DNA of 64,000 bases from Candidatus Magasanikiibacteriota bacterium (GTDB lineage: Bacteria > Patescibacteriota > Patescibacteriia > Magasanikbacterales > GWA2-37-8). The translations under genes were made by a program, and so were the position numbers. This document shows positions 45,806 to 56,072 of this stretch, one piece after another. Every line of letters starts with the position of its first letter. Within the stretch, counting starts at the first letter, position 1. Location of the stretch: the NCBI GenBank assembly GCA_041665405.1, contig JBAYIZ010000001.1, positions 26,618 to 90,617 of the forward strand. Reading direction: 5' to 3'. Under the pieces are notes generated by a model, which was not told the origin of the DNA, made no database searches, and was given only the letters and a program-made list of their open reading frames with translations.

Positions 45806-48388
45806 ATGAATAAACCAAATAGAGAAAATAAGGGAGTTCCACTAGAAACCCAAGTAGCTGGTGGTGACAGGGCTGAAAGTGCTTCCAGAGCGGTAGATGA
45901 AAGAATCGGTAAAGAAGTCGCTGGTGATTATTCTGGTTTTTCAGCTGAGCAACTATTTGACATGCTTCAGGCTGACCTAAAGGTTAGAAAGAGTGAATAT
46001 AAAAAAGCAATTGATGAGGGCGCAACACCCGAGGTTGATGAGAATGGGAAACCTAAGGAAATCAAAGGGTTTAATAAGGAATCTGATCTTTACAAAGCTT
46101 GGCTCAAAGCGGTTAGTTATAACAGAATAAAAGCTTTGGAAAATGAGGAAACAAAATTACGCACTCAAATAGAAGAAGGTATAGATGCAGGTAAAGCATT
46201 AGAAGTCACTGACAAACTTAATCAATGGAGAGGAGTAGTTGCAAAAACAGAGGAAGCTAGAGAGGCTATGAAGTTGGGGAGAAAATTAGAAGAACACCGA
46301 CGAGCTATTGCAGAAGAAAAAAGAGCATTGGAAGCAAAAGGTCATGAGCTGTCTACCGGTGATTTTCCCTTACCAATTCAAGCAGAGTTAGCAGTCTTGG
46401 AGGGGAAAGAAAACCTTACAAATGCTCAATCAGCTCTGGCTGATGCAGTTTCCTCGGGTGGTCTATCTTCTGAGGCTGCCGAAGATGTGGTAACAAATGC
46501 TGTACAAGAAGCTATAACAAACGTGGACATTCCGCCTGCCCCAGAAAGTCCTGCAGTATCTATTACGGACCTTAACAAATTTTTGGGTGATTCATCCAAA
46601 GGAGTAGAGGTTGGTGCCGATTCCAAAGCATATGATATTATTAAATTGTATTTTGCTGATCAATTGGCTAGAGACGCAAAAAAGAATATTAAAACAAGGG
46701 AGCCATTTCTAGCAAATGAAATTAATAAATTTGTAGGGAATGACGTCTTTTTTGCTAATTTGTTAATAAATAATACTGAATTTTTAACAGTGGCGCAACA
46801 GTTTTTTGATACCAGAATTGGAATATTTAGTAACAAAGCACTTGCCAAAGTTGCATTGAATCTTCATAATTGGTTAGAGCTTGCTCGTCATAATTACGAT
46901 CAAGAGAAAAAAAACCAAACCCCAGAAGCTCGTGAAGCACGTGCGCAAACACTTTTAGACAATAAAATTAAAAAAGAAATTTCTTGGCAAGAGAGTCAGG
47001 CAGAGCGAGCAAGAAATTCAGCGGCTGAAATTGCTTCCAGACCAGCGTTACCCACAGAGGAAGAGCTCAATTTCGGAGCAGAAATTCCTGAATCAGATTT
47101 AACAGAAATTATTGAAGAAGATCAGACGAAACCTGTTGAAATTTTAACGGAGCCTCTTATAGTAAGTGAGGTAGAATCAAAATTAAGAGAAAAAATAAAA
47201 ATATTAGAAGAAAAAAAGGCGGTATTAGAAAGTTTGACATGGCTTAAGAGAGGTGCGAAATTGAAAACTAAAAAAGAAATTGGTAAAATTTCTGACGATA
47301 TAAATAGTTTAACTGGAGAGTTAATACGTATTAGTGATAAAGTTATAGTTGAGAACCCAACGATAACGGAAACAAAACCTGAATTAGTTGCCAAGGTTAG
47401 AGAGCTTAAGGCAGATATGAAGTCTGGTATGGTTGCAAGGGATCCAGGTAAATATAATAAATTAATAATGGGAGTGATGGCGCTACTTACAACGTTTGTG
47501 GCTACTCAAGAAGGATCAAAAACAAGAAGGGTTAACGCGAAACAACCAGAAAGAGCGGCGGCGGTGAAAATTGTAGAGACCCCAGCGTCTAGACTTGCAA
47601 AAAAAGTAGACACATCAAATATAATGTCGGTAAATCGAACTCCTACTCCAAGTAGAAATTCAGGTCCAAATTTTACAGCCGCTCCAAGAGGGGTAACTGG
47701 AGAATTTGAGGCAGAAGTTGCTTCTCCAGGTGGGGAGGTTGCAAAGAGACCGATGTCAAGAGTTGATCAAACACCTAGTGAAGTTGCAAAGAACGGCAAA
47801 AAAGCTAGAAATGGTTCAAGAGTAGAATCAATACCAAGCGGTATTGTAGAAACAAAAGGTTACGAACAAAGATTGAATAAATTAAATGTTGAAAGAGAAG
47901 GGTATGAAAAAGAGAGAGATGGATTATTAAACAAAACTCCAGGAGCGCCAATTCTAGATATACTTAAAGTTAGTGATAAAACAAAAGGTTCTAAAGAGGC
48001 GAGAATTAGCAGACTTGGAGATTTGATTCAAGCTGTTGATGCAGAAATTTTGGCACTTCAAGTAGCAGAAAAGCAGAAACAAGTTGATAAAGAAAATGAA
48101 CAATATCAAGTACCAACTTCCGCTCCGTTAGACTTTTCAGGAATTACAAGAACAGGGCCTGCAGAACCAGGGTCAGATACATGGGCTAACAGGAATGCTT
48201 TAAATGCTGATTTAGAAGCTAGAAAAGCAGTGACTGCTCTAAAAGTAGCTGGAATTCCATCTGCTGAAGACGCCACAGCGGCGGCTCGTGCTAGACAAGA
48301 GGAAGCACGTAATTTGGCAAGTAGACCAAACCCAATTGGGGATGTTAAGATACAGACTGGAAATAATAATGATTTGAGTAGTAAATAA
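45806..48388 (+). CDS. Large charged/coiled-coil orphan protein (860 aa) with one hydrophobic segment
   Basis: Long ORF; promoter-like TTGACT..TGGTATTAT upstream; terminator downstream; no recognisable domain. Confidence 0.8.
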   Translation: MNKPNRENKGVPLETQVAGGDRAESASRAVDERIGKEVAGDYSGFSAEQLFDMLQADLKVRKSEYKKAIDEGATPEVDENGKPKEIKGFNKESDLYKAWLKAVSYNRIKALENEETKLRTQIEEGIDAGKALEVTDKLNQWRGVVAKTEEAREAMKLGRKLEEHRRAIAEEKRALEAKGHELSTGDFPLPIQAELAVLEGKENLTNAQSALADAVSSGGLSSEAAEDVVTNAVQEAITNVDIPPAPESPAVSITDLNKFLGDSSKGVEVGADSKAYDIIKLYFADQLARDAKKNIKTREPFLANEINKFVGNDVFFANLLINNTEFLTVAQQFFDTRIGIFSNKALAKVALNLHNWLELARHNYDQEKKNQTPEAREARAQTLLDNKIKKEISWQESQAERARNSAAEIASRPALPTEEELNFGAEIPESDLTEIIEEDQTKPVEILTEPLIVSEVESKLREKIKILEEKKAVLESLTWLKRGAKLKTKKEIGKISDDINSLTGELIRISDKVIVENPTITETKPELVAKVRELKADMKSGMVARDPGKYNKLIMGVMALLTTFVATQEGSKTRRVNAKQPERAAAVKIVETPASRLAKKVDTSNIMSVNRTPTPSRNSGPNFTAAPRGVTGEFEAEVASPGGEVAKRPMSRVDQTPSEVAKNGKKARNGSRVESIPSGIVETKGYEQRLNKLNVEREGYEKERDGLLNKTPGAPILDILKVSDKTKGSKEARISRLGDLIQAVDAEILALQVAEKQKQVDKENEQYQVPTSAPLDFSGITRTGPAEPGSDTWANRNALNADLEARKAVTALKVAGIPSAEDATAAARARQEEARNLASRPNPIGDVKIQTGNNNDLSSK

Positions 48389-48390
48389 TT

Positions 48391-48427
48391 AAAATAAAAA
48401 ACCGGCTGATTGCCGGTTTTTTATTTT
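48391..48427. terminator. Intrinsic terminator
   Basis: aaaataaaaaaccggc-tgatt-gccggttttttatttt. Confidence 0.8.
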
Positions 48428-48479
48428 GCTTGTCGTTTGCCAAAATAACAGTTTTTTGGTATCATATCTACATAAAAAT

Positions 48480-49376
48480 ATGCAGTTTATAGGCCAATCG
48501 CACATAACGTCATTTTTTGATTTAGCTGTAAAAAATAGCAAGCTTGGCCATGCTTATTGTTTTGTTGGTGCGTCGCACATAGGGAAACGCACTTTGGCCA
48601 ACACACTGGCTGCTCAGATTTTGGGGGTTGATGTCGAAAAATTAAAATTCAATCCAGACTACTATTATGTCGAACGCCTAGAGGATGAGAAGACTGGAAA
48701 AAAGAAAAAAGAAATTTCCGTTGATCAATCCAGAGAATTGCGTGAAAAGTTTTCAAATAGATCTTGGTTGAATGGATATAAAGTGGCGGTTATCGATGAA
48801 GCCGAATTGCTCAATGAAGAATCTGGTAATGCCCTTTTAAAAATAATAGAAGAACCGCCAGACAAAAGTATTATTTTTTTATTAACAGAAAATGATGCGC
48901 TGTTGCTGCCGACCATACGATCACGTTGTCAGATATTTCAATTCGCACCCGTGCCTGAAAATGAAATGGAAAAGTTGGTAAACACTCTTAGCGACAGCCA
49001 AGATAAAAAAGAAATTGTAGAATTATCTTGGGGGCGACCAGGGAGAGCGATAAATTTATGTAAAGATTTCGAATTGTTAGGTGAAAATATTAAAGAAAAA
49101 AAACGTTGGCAAAAATTACTTGCGACACCAGTATACGAGCGCTGGAAAGCGATGGATGATGTATTGAGTGAAAAAGGTGGTGTGATAAAAACAAAAGAGA
49201 AACTTGATCCGATTCTAGATTGCTGGACAATGCTGTGGAGAGAAAAGATGTTGAGTGAGAATATTCACGGTGAACAGTGTCGATTGATAATTGACGAAAT
49301 AAAAAATATTAAAAATTTATTGGCTATCAATGTGAATCCACGTTTGGCCATTGAAAATTTATTAACAAAATTTTAA
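48480..49376 (+). CDS. holB: DNA polymerase III delta' subunit
   Basis: HAYCFVG...GKRT, KVAVIDEAE, NALLKIIEEPP, LLPTIRSRC. Confidence 0.9.
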   Translation: MQFIGQSHITSFFDLAVKNSKLGHAYCFVGASHIGKRTLANTLAAQILGVDVEKLKFNPDYYYVERLEDEKTGKKKKEISVDQSRELREKFSNRSWLNGYKVAVIDEAELLNEESGNALLKIIEEPPDKSIIFLLTENDALLLPTIRSRCQIFQFAPVPENEMEKLVNTLSDSQDKKEIVELSWGRPGRAINLCKDFELLGENIKEKKRWQKLLATPVYERWKAMDDVLSEKGGVIKTKEKLDPILDCWTMLWREKMLSENIHGEQCRLIIDEIKNIKNLLAINVNPRLAIENLLTKF

Positions 49377-49395
49377 AAAATATTATATTTAATTT

Positions 49396-50481
49396 ATGAA
49401 AAAGATACCTTTATTATTGTTGGCACTGGTGGTCGGTTTGTTGACTACGGGTGCTGGTTGTTTAACATTTGGAGCGGCTCAGCCTACAGGGCCGATGGGT
49501 ATGTATCAATCGGCTGATAAGGGTGAAACTTGGAAGCAAATTGCGGCGATGCCGACTGTGGCTGGTGCGAAGAGTATCGCTGGTATTAAAACGTATCGCT
49601 TGCATACCGATCCAAGTGATCCCAATGCTATTTATTTAGCCACTCGAGGTCAGGGGTTGTATTATACTTATAATAATGGTGCAAGCTGGGAAACAGTACC
49701 AGCTATGGCCGGAAAATTTATATATGGGTTGGCTGTTAGTCCAAAAGATAAATGTACAATTTTTGTAAGTGATGGACAACATATTTTCAAAACCGATGAT
49801 TGTCTACGTACTTGGACGAATGTCTACACTGAAGAACGTCCTGATCAGAGAGTAGTTTCGGTGGCGGTAGATTTTGGTAATAGTAATATGGTATATGCCG
49901 CGGAACTAGGTGGAGATATTTTGGTAAGTAATAATTCTGGCACTAGTTGGCGCGTAACTCAGCGTTTTAATTTTCAATTACAATATTTAGTATCCGACCA
50001 ATTTAATCCTGGACGGGTTTATGTTGCTGGTTATACTAATGGCATCTTTAGGTCAGATGATTCTGGTACTACCTGGAAAGATATGTCTGATGGGTTGGAT
50101 AGTTTTGCTGAAGCTAATAAATTTTATCGATTGGTTTTGAATCCTGGCAAGAAGGACAGTTTGTTTTGGGTGTCAAAGTTTGGTATTTTGAGATCTGATG
50201 ATGCCGGAGCTACTTGGACTGATTTGAAATTGATTACCCCTCCTGGCAGTGTTAATATTTATGCCTTTGATATCAATGCCAAAAATCAGAATGAAATGTA
50301 TTACACTGGTACTATTTTGGGAGAGAAAAATGCACATGTTCGATCTACATTTTATAAAACAACCGATGGCGGAAAAAATTGGGTGACCAAAAAACTTCCT
50401 ACTAACACTATCCCAGTCGGTGTTTTAATAAACACCGTTAAAGACAGTATAGTGTCTATGGGTTTTGCAATTTTAGATTAA
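49396..50481 (+). CDS. Exported BNR/Asp-box beta-propeller protein (YCF48-like), probable lipoprotein
   Basis: Signal with GAGC lipobox-like motif; repeated S.D.G.TW boxes. Confidence 0.85.
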   Translation: MKKIPLLLLALVVGLLTTGAGCLTFGAAQPTGPMGMYQSADKGETWKQIAAMPTVAGAKSIAGIKTYRLHTDPSDPNAIYLATRGQGLYYTYNNGASWETVPAMAGKFIYGLAVSPKDKCTIFVSDGQHIFKTDDCLRTWTNVYTEERPDQRVVSVAVDFGNSNMVYAAELGGDILVSNNSGTSWRVTQRFNFQLQYLVSDQFNPGRVYVAGYTNGIFRSDDSGTTWKDMSDGLDSFAEANKFYRLVLNPGKKDSLFWVSKFGILRSDDAGATWTDLKLITPPGSVNIYAFDINAKNQNEMYYTGTILGEKNAHVRSTFYKTTDGGKNWVTKKLPTNTIPVGVLINTVKDSIVSMGFAILD

Positions 50482-50496
50482 TAATAAATTTTATAT

Positions 50497-51045
50497 ATGC
50501 AAATCAGTGATTTTAAGGAGGATTTTGAAAAGGTCTTGGAGTTTCTTAAAAAAGATATTGTCGGTTTGCGTACTGGACGCGCCTCGGTTGCCATGGTAGA
50601 GGATATCTCTATTGAAGCTTATGGGACATTTCAAGCTTTGAAAGCATTGGCGTCAATTTCTGTGGCGGATGCCAAAACTGTAAATATTGAACCATGGGAC
50701 AAAACAGTTTTGGGAGCGATTGAAAAAGGGATTCGTGATTCAGGGATTGGAGTGAGCCCGGTAAATGATGGGCGATTGATTCGAGTAATTTTACCAAATC
50801 TTACTTCTGAACGTCGTCATGAATTGACTAAAGTATTGCACGAAAAATTGGAAAACGCTCGTGTATCATTGCGCAAAGTGCGTCAAGAAATTCGGGAATT
50901 TGTTGAAGCGGAAGAAGAAAGCAAATCAATTAGTGAAGATGAAAAATTTAAATTGTTCGAAGAATTAGAAAAACACGTTAAAGAATATAATGATAAAATA
51001 AAGGAGATTGGTGAAAATAAAGAATCTGAAATTAATACTATATAA
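50497..51045 (+). CDS. frr: Ribosome recycling factor
   Basis: LRTGRAS, IEPWDK, NDG..IRV..P.LT.ERR. Confidence 0.95.
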   Translation: MQISDFKEDFEKVLEFLKKDIVGLRTGRASVAMVEDISIEAYGTFQALKALASISVADAKTVNIEPWDKTVLGAIEKGIRDSGIGVSPVNDGRLIRVILPNLTSERRHELTKVLHEKLENARVSLRKVRQEIREFVEAEEESKSISEDEKFKLFEELEKHVKEYNDKIKEIGENKESEINTI

Positions 51046-51047
51046 AT

Positions 51048-52415
51048 ATGCCAAAAGATTTAGAAAAGGTAGTTTCGTTGTGCAAGAGGAGAGGGTTTGT
51101 TTTTCCTGGTAGTGAAATCTATGGTGGACTGGCCAATACGTGGGATTACGGACCGCTTGGACATTTACTCAAGCAAAATATTAAAAAAGCTTGGTGGAAA
51201 TTTTTTGTGCAGGAACGTAGTGATATGGTGCCTCTCGACAGCGCCATTATTATGAATCCAAAAGTGTGGGAGGCTTCTGGGCATTTGCAAAATTTCAGTG
51301 ATGAATTGGTGGAATGTAAAAAATGTCATCATCGTTTTCGTACTGATCATTTGTTGGAAATAGAGAGTTTAAAACCAGAATATGATAAAGGCCAACCAAA
51401 ATCGTTGAGTGAATTGAGCTGTCCGGATTGCGATGGAAATTTGACCGAACCAAAAAGTTTTAATTTAATGTTTAAGACTTTTTTGGGCACCAATGAAGAT
51501 AGTGCAACCACCGCATATTTGAGACCGGAAACTGCCGGTGGTATGTTTGTAAATTTTAAAAATATTTTGAATTCAACCCGTCGTCGTTTGCCATTTGGTA
51601 TTGCACAGATTGGCAAATGTTTCCGTAATGAGATTACTCCAGGGAATTTTATTTTTCGCACGCGTGAGTTTGAAATTGGTGAACTTGAATATTTTATCAA
51701 TCCCAAAGATTGGGAAAAAGTATTTGAAATGTGGCTCTCTGAAATCAAGCGTTGGTGGAAAGATATCATGCAAATCAATATGGATAATTTGGTTTGGCAT
51801 GAAATTCCAGAAAATGAACGTGCTTTTTATAGTAAGCGTACGCTAGATATTGAATATAAATATCCTTTTGGGGTGAAAGAATTACATGGTATTGCTTATC
51901 GTACAGATCATGATTTATCTCGTCACGAAAAAGTGAGTGGTCAAGATTTGCATTATACCGATCCAGAAACCAATGAAAAGTTTTTACCACATGTGATAGA
52001 ACCAACTTTTGGTATTGATCGCATGTTGTTGGTATCTTTGTTGGAGGCCTATACCGAAGAAGAAGCTCCTACATCCAAAGAAGGTGAAACAGAGGCACGT
52101 ATAGTAATGAAATTCCCAAAACATCTGGCGCCTATTCAAGTGGCTATTTTGCCGCTTTCTAAAAAAGAAGAATTATCTAGTGTTGCTCGCGACTTGGCAG
52201 ATGGTTTGCGTAAAACCTTCAGTGTGGATTATGACGAGACACAAAGTATTGGCAAGCGCTATCGCCGACAAGATGAAATCGGCACACCATATTGTGTAAC
52301 TGTCGATTTTGATTCGTTGGAAGATAAAAAAGTGACTGTGCGCGATCGTGATACTATGGTTCAGGATAGAATTGAAATATCCGAATTGAAAAATTATCTG
52401 AACAGTAAGTTTTAA
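51048..52415 (+). CDS. glyQS: Glycyl-tRNA synthetase, alpha2 type
   Basis: LCKRRGF, YLRPETA, FRNEITP, IEPTFG.DR, SIGKRYRRQDEIGTP. Confidence 0.95.
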   Translation: MPKDLEKVVSLCKRRGFVFPGSEIYGGLANTWDYGPLGHLLKQNIKKAWWKFFVQERSDMVPLDSAIIMNPKVWEASGHLQNFSDELVECKKCHHRFRTDHLLEIESLKPEYDKGQPKSLSELSCPDCDGNLTEPKSFNLMFKTFLGTNEDSATTAYLRPETAGGMFVNFKNILNSTRRRLPFGIAQIGKCFRNEITPGNFIFRTREFEIGELEYFINPKDWEKVFEMWLSEIKRWWKDIMQINMDNLVWHEIPENERAFYSKRTLDIEYKYPFGVKELHGIAYRTDHDLSRHEKVSGQDLHYTDPETNEKFLPHVIEPTFGIDRMLLVSLLEAYTEEEAPTSKEGETEARIVMKFPKHLAPIQVAILPLSKKEELSSVARDLADGLRKTFSVDYDETQSIGKRYRRQDEIGTPYCVTVDFDSLEDKKVTVRDRDTMVQDRIEISELKNYLNSKF

Positions 52416-52419
52416 TCAG

Positions 52420-52447
52420 TAGATTCCCGTTTTCACGGGAATGACAA
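52420..52447. repeat. Palindromic ATTCCC-N8-GGGAAT repeat, copy 3 (intergenic)
   Basis: tagattcccgttttcacgggaatgacaa. Confidence 0.88.
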
Positions 52448-52455
52448 ATTGAGTT

Positions 52456-53745
52456 ATGTATAAAATTTCAAAATTAAAAAATAAAATCACACTTATTACT
52501 GTACCGCTAAAAGGTACAAAGGCGACGACGGTATTAGTGTTAGTACCAGTTGGTTCTCGTTACGAACACAAAAAGATTTCTGGTGCTTCGCATTTTGTAG
52601 AACACCTCATGTTCAAGGGTACACAAAAACGTCCTACCGCTCAAGACATCTCGAAAATTTTGGATGCCTCTGGTGCAGACTATAACGCTTTTACTAGCAA
52701 GGATTATACTGGATATTATGTGAAGATAGCTGGTGTGAAGCAAGCGATAGCCTTTGATTTGATTGCTGATATGGTTTTTAACTCAAAATTGGATGCAGTG
52801 GAAATTGAAAAAGAAAAAGGTGTTATTGTGGAGGAATTACGTATGTACGAAGATAATCCTACTATGGGTATTGGTTTATTGTATGAGCAGGTAGTATTTG
52901 GTGATTGTCCGTTGGGTTGGGATGAGGGTGGTAGTGAAGAAACTGTCCGCGGTATGTCACGTGATGATTTGTGGAATTATTATCAGGCCGCCTACAAACC
53001 AGAAAACATGGTATTGGTGGTGGCGGGAAATGTGGATGCAAAATTAAAAAAACATTTACAACATTTCTTGAATCATGATTCACAAAAAAATAAATCTAAA
53101 GCAACTATTCGGAAAAATAATTTTGAAAAATTTGTTTGGCCTACGGAAAAATTATCGTTGGAAAAACGGGTGGCGGTAAAAGAAAAACCACTCGATCAAT
53201 CACACGTGATTATTGGTTTTCCCGGTCTGTCTCTAAACCATTCCGATCGTTATGTGTTGTCTGTATTGTTGAATATCTTGGGTGGAGGTATGAGTTCAAG
53301 ATTGTTTGTTGAGGTGAGAGAAAAACGTGGATTAGCATATATGGTTCGGGCCGGTTCAAATAATTTCCGAGATGTTGGTACTGCCTATATTCAGGCTGGT
53401 TTGGATCCGTTGCGTTTAGGTGAAGCAATAAAAGTAATTAGGGAAGAATTGAAAAAGATTTGTGAGACGGTGGTAACTGAAAAAGAACTCAAGGATGCGA
53501 AATCCAACATGTCTGGTCGTATGACATTGGGTATGGAAGATAGTAGCGCGCAAGCTGAGTGGTTTGCCAAGCAGTTTTGGATGATGGATAAAATCAATAC
53601 CTATGAACAAGTGTTGAAAAAAATAAAAAAAGTAACTGCGAAAGATGTTCAAAGGTTAGCTAAAAAGATTTTTGATTGGGGACAGGTACATGTGGCCGTG
53701 ATTGGTAAAATAAAAAAAGAAGAAGTAATTAAAATATTAAAATAA
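52456..53745 (+). CDS. M16 (pitrilysin-family) zinc peptidase
   Basis: HFVEHLMFKGT (HxxEH), NAFT, LGGGMSSRLF.EVREKRGLAY. Confidence 0.93.
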   Translation: MYKISKLKNKITLITVPLKGTKATTVLVLVPVGSRYEHKKISGASHFVEHLMFKGTQKRPTAQDISKILDASGADYNAFTSKDYTGYYVKIAGVKQAIAFDLIADMVFNSKLDAVEIEKEKGVIVEELRMYEDNPTMGIGLLYEQVVFGDCPLGWDEGGSEETVRGMSRDDLWNYYQAAYKPENMVLVVAGNVDAKLKKHLQHFLNHDSQKNKSKATIRKNNFEKFVWPTEKLSLEKRVAVKEKPLDQSHVIIGFPGLSLNHSDRYVLSVLLNILGGGMSSRLFVEVREKRGLAYMVRAGSNNFRDVGTAYIQAGLDPLRLGEAIKVIREELKKICETVVTEKELKDAKSNMSGRMTLGMEDSSAQAEWFAKQFWMMDKINTYEQVLKKIKKVTAKDVQRLAKKIFDWGQVHVAVIGKIKKEEVIKILK

Positions 53746-53750
53746 ATCGT

Positions 53751-54506
53751 ATGTCTTCATCCAAAAAAGTTTATCTTTTTGCCAATTGGAAGATGTATTT
53801 GGATTATGACGAAAGTAACATTTTGGCCAATGCTTTGGGTGTGGCCTCATCAAAATTTTCTAAGAAAATCAAAATGGTTATATTTCCTAGTGCTTTGTCT
53901 TTTTATCCGGTCGCGCAAGTATTGGGGGATGTCGGTATCGTTAGTGGTGCGCAAAATGTATATTACGAGGATAAGGGAGGATTTACGGGAGAAAATTCTG
54001 CGGTAATGTATAAAAATGCCGGTGCAAAATATGCTCTGGTGGGACATTCAGAACGACGCCATTTGTTTCATGAATCTAACCATGATGTTCATCAAAAAAT
54101 GGAGGCGTTTTTATTGGTTGGTCTGACGCCAGTACTGTGTGTAGGAGAAACAGAAAAAGAAAGGAATGAAAACAAAGCCAAAGATGCAGTTGAGATACAA
54201 TTACGCGCGGCGTTGGATCGTCTAAAATGGAAACCAAAAACAAAATTAATTGTTGCATACGAACCCGTTTGGGCGGTTGGCACAGGAAATTATTGCGACC
54301 CAATTGAGGCAGAAAAAATGTGTTTGATGATTTTCAAGATGGTTAGCGCATTGGCTAAAAATGTTGAAGTGATAGTATTGTATGGTGGCAGTGTGAATGG
54401 AAAAAATATCAAGGAATATACCAAACAGCCCAATATCAACGGTGTTTTGGTCGGTGGCGCTTCTACCAAGCTTGACAGTTGGTTACAAATTGTGCAAAAT
54501 GCCTAA
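53751..54506 (+). CDS. tpiA: Triosephosphate isomerase
   Basis: NWKM, GHSERR, AYEPVWAVGTG, LYGGSV, LVGGAS. Confidence 0.95.
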   Translation: MSSSKKVYLFANWKMYLDYDESNILANALGVASSKFSKKIKMVIFPSALSFYPVAQVLGDVGIVSGAQNVYYEDKGGFTGENSAVMYKNAGAKYALVGHSERRHLFHESNHDVHQKMEAFLLVGLTPVLCVGETEKERNENKAKDAVEIQLRAALDRLKWKPKTKLIVAYEPVWAVGTGNYCDPIEAEKMCLMIFKMVSALAKNVEVIVLYGGSVNGKNIKEYTKQPNINGVLVGGASTKLDSWLQIVQNA

Positions 54507-54512
54507 ACTTAT

Positions 54513-55412
54513 ATGTTAAATATCTTGTTTTTATTGGTAACGCTAATTTGTCTAGGTGTAGTCGGTTTTGTTATTTGGAAAAAAATTCCGCAATTATCCA
54601 ATTTAGATGTGGATAATTTGCCACAGGAAAAAACCTCTCGTAAAAAACGTGAGATTATTACTAAACGTATTGAGGCACACAGTCGCGAGGCAAGAGTTAA
54701 ATTGGGAGAAAAACTTCGCCCCGTGGATAAAATATGGCGTGAGTTCCAATTAAAATTTCGAGTGTATGTTGGGAAAATCGAGCGTCTTATTCATCATGAA
54801 GACATGATAAAAACAAAACAGGAACAGAGTCTTTTGACAGTAGAGGAGAAAGAATCAAGACTGAAAAATTTGATACAAGATGGAGAAAATAATTTGTCAT
54901 TGGAAAATCTGGATAAGGCTGAGCGCATATTTATCGCGGCTATTAAAATTGATGTGAAGTCAGCATCAGCATATCGTGGTCTGGCTGAAGTTTATTTGAA
55001 AAAAGGCGCGGTCGAAGAGGCCAAACAGACATTTGCATTTTTATTACAATTAGAACCAGAAAATGATGCAGTGATGGTAAGACTGGCAGAAATGGCCGAA
55101 GCGGAAAATAATATTGATGAGGCTATAGAATATTATCAGAGGGCGATGGTGGCCAATGATTCATTGTCACCACGTTTTGCACATCTGGCGGAATTACTAT
55201 TAAAAGTTGGTCAGCCGTTAGTGGCCAAGGAAGCGGTAATTCAAGCAGTGGAACTGGAACCACAGAATCCAAAATATCTTGACTTGCTGATTGAAACTGC
55301 TATACTATGTCAAGATAAAAAACTAGCTGGTGATGCTTATCAAAATTTGCGCTTGGTAAATCCAGAAAATTCCAAGTTGGCAGATTTTAGACATCGAATT
55401 GAAAAAATATAA
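54513..55412 (+). CDS. Membrane-anchored TPR protein
   Basis: N-terminal TM; repeated AY.GLA.VY / A...Y..A...P motifs. Confidence 0.85.
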   Translation: MLNILFLLVTLICLGVVGFVIWKKIPQLSNLDVDNLPQEKTSRKKREIITKRIEAHSREARVKLGEKLRPVDKIWREFQLKFRVYVGKIERLIHHEDMIKTKQEQSLLTVEEKESRLKNLIQDGENNLSLENLDKAERIFIAAIKIDVKSASAYRGLAEVYLKKGAVEEAKQTFAFLLQLEPENDAVMVRLAEMAEAENNIDEAIEYYQRAMVANDSLSPRFAHLAELLLKVGQPLVAKEAVIQAVELEPQNPKYLDLLIETAILCQDKKLAGDAYQNLRLVNPENSKLADFRHRIEKI

Positions 55413-55413
55413 T

Positions 55414-55486
55414 GCCGTTGTAGCTCAGTTGGTAGAGCATCTCCATGGTAAGGAGAAGGTCCGCGGTTCAAATCCGCGTAACGGCT
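55414..55486 (+). tRNA. tRNA-Thr(GGT)
   Basis: GCCGTTG/TAACGGC acceptor; TCTCC-ATGGTAA-GGAGA; GGTTCAAATCC. Confidence 0.93.
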
Positions 55487-55587
55487 CTAGTTAAGATACC
55501 ATTGCGGTATCTTTCTTTGATAAATATAGCCTAGATAAGACTTTGACAATCTGGAATCTATGTGGTAGAATCTAAACTGTTATATTA

Positions 55588-55660
55588 GCCGGGTTAGCTC
55601 AGTTGGTAGAGCAGCACTTTTGTAAAGTGCGGGTCGCAGGTTCGAGTCCTGTTCCCGGCT
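55588..55660 (+). tRNA. tRNA-Thr(TGT)
   Basis: GCCGGG/CCCGGC acceptor; GCACT-TTTGTAA-AGTGC; GGTTCGAGTCC. Confidence 0.92.
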
Positions 55661-55674
55661 CTTTTTTACAAGTT

Positions 55675-56067
55675 ATGCATACTAAAATTAAAGGGGATAT
55701 AGGGGAATTATTAGTAGCGGCAGATCTTTTAGAAAAAGGGTGGATGGTTTCGCTGCCAATCAGCGAAAACACCAGATACGACTTGATAATCGAAAAAAAT
55801 GGAAAAATAAAACGGGTACAAGTAAAAGCGGTTGTACCAAAGAATGGGGCAATGATTATCAATTGTCGGTCGTCAAATAATTGGAATGTTATAAACTACA
55901 CAAAGAAAGATTTTGAAATTTTAGCCGCAGTGGATATAATTTCAAAAAATGTTTATTATATACCAGTAAAATGTATAAATAGAAGATGCATTAATTTACG
56001 ACTAACAGCGTCGAAAAATAGACAAGAGAAAAATATAAATTTAGCAAAGAGTTTTTTGAAAATATAA
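55675..56067 (+). CDS. PD-(D/E)XK endonuclease of the group I intron-associated type
   Basis: KGDIGE....L...G..VS.P..ENTRYDLI.......RVQVK, Y....F..LA......YYIP. Confidence 0.8.
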   Translation: MHTKIKGDIGELLVAADLLEKGWMVSLPISENTRYDLIIEKNGKIKRVQVKAVVPKNGAMIINCRSSNNWNVINYTKKDFEILAAVDIISKNVYYIPVKCINRRCINLRLTASKNRQEKNINLAKSFLKI

Positions 56068-56072
56068 TTATT

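Noticed and set aside
55603-55674. N-terminal extension of the endonuclease ORF given in the track
   Set aside because: It is read through tRNA-Thr(TGT); ATG 55675 gives the family-typical start.
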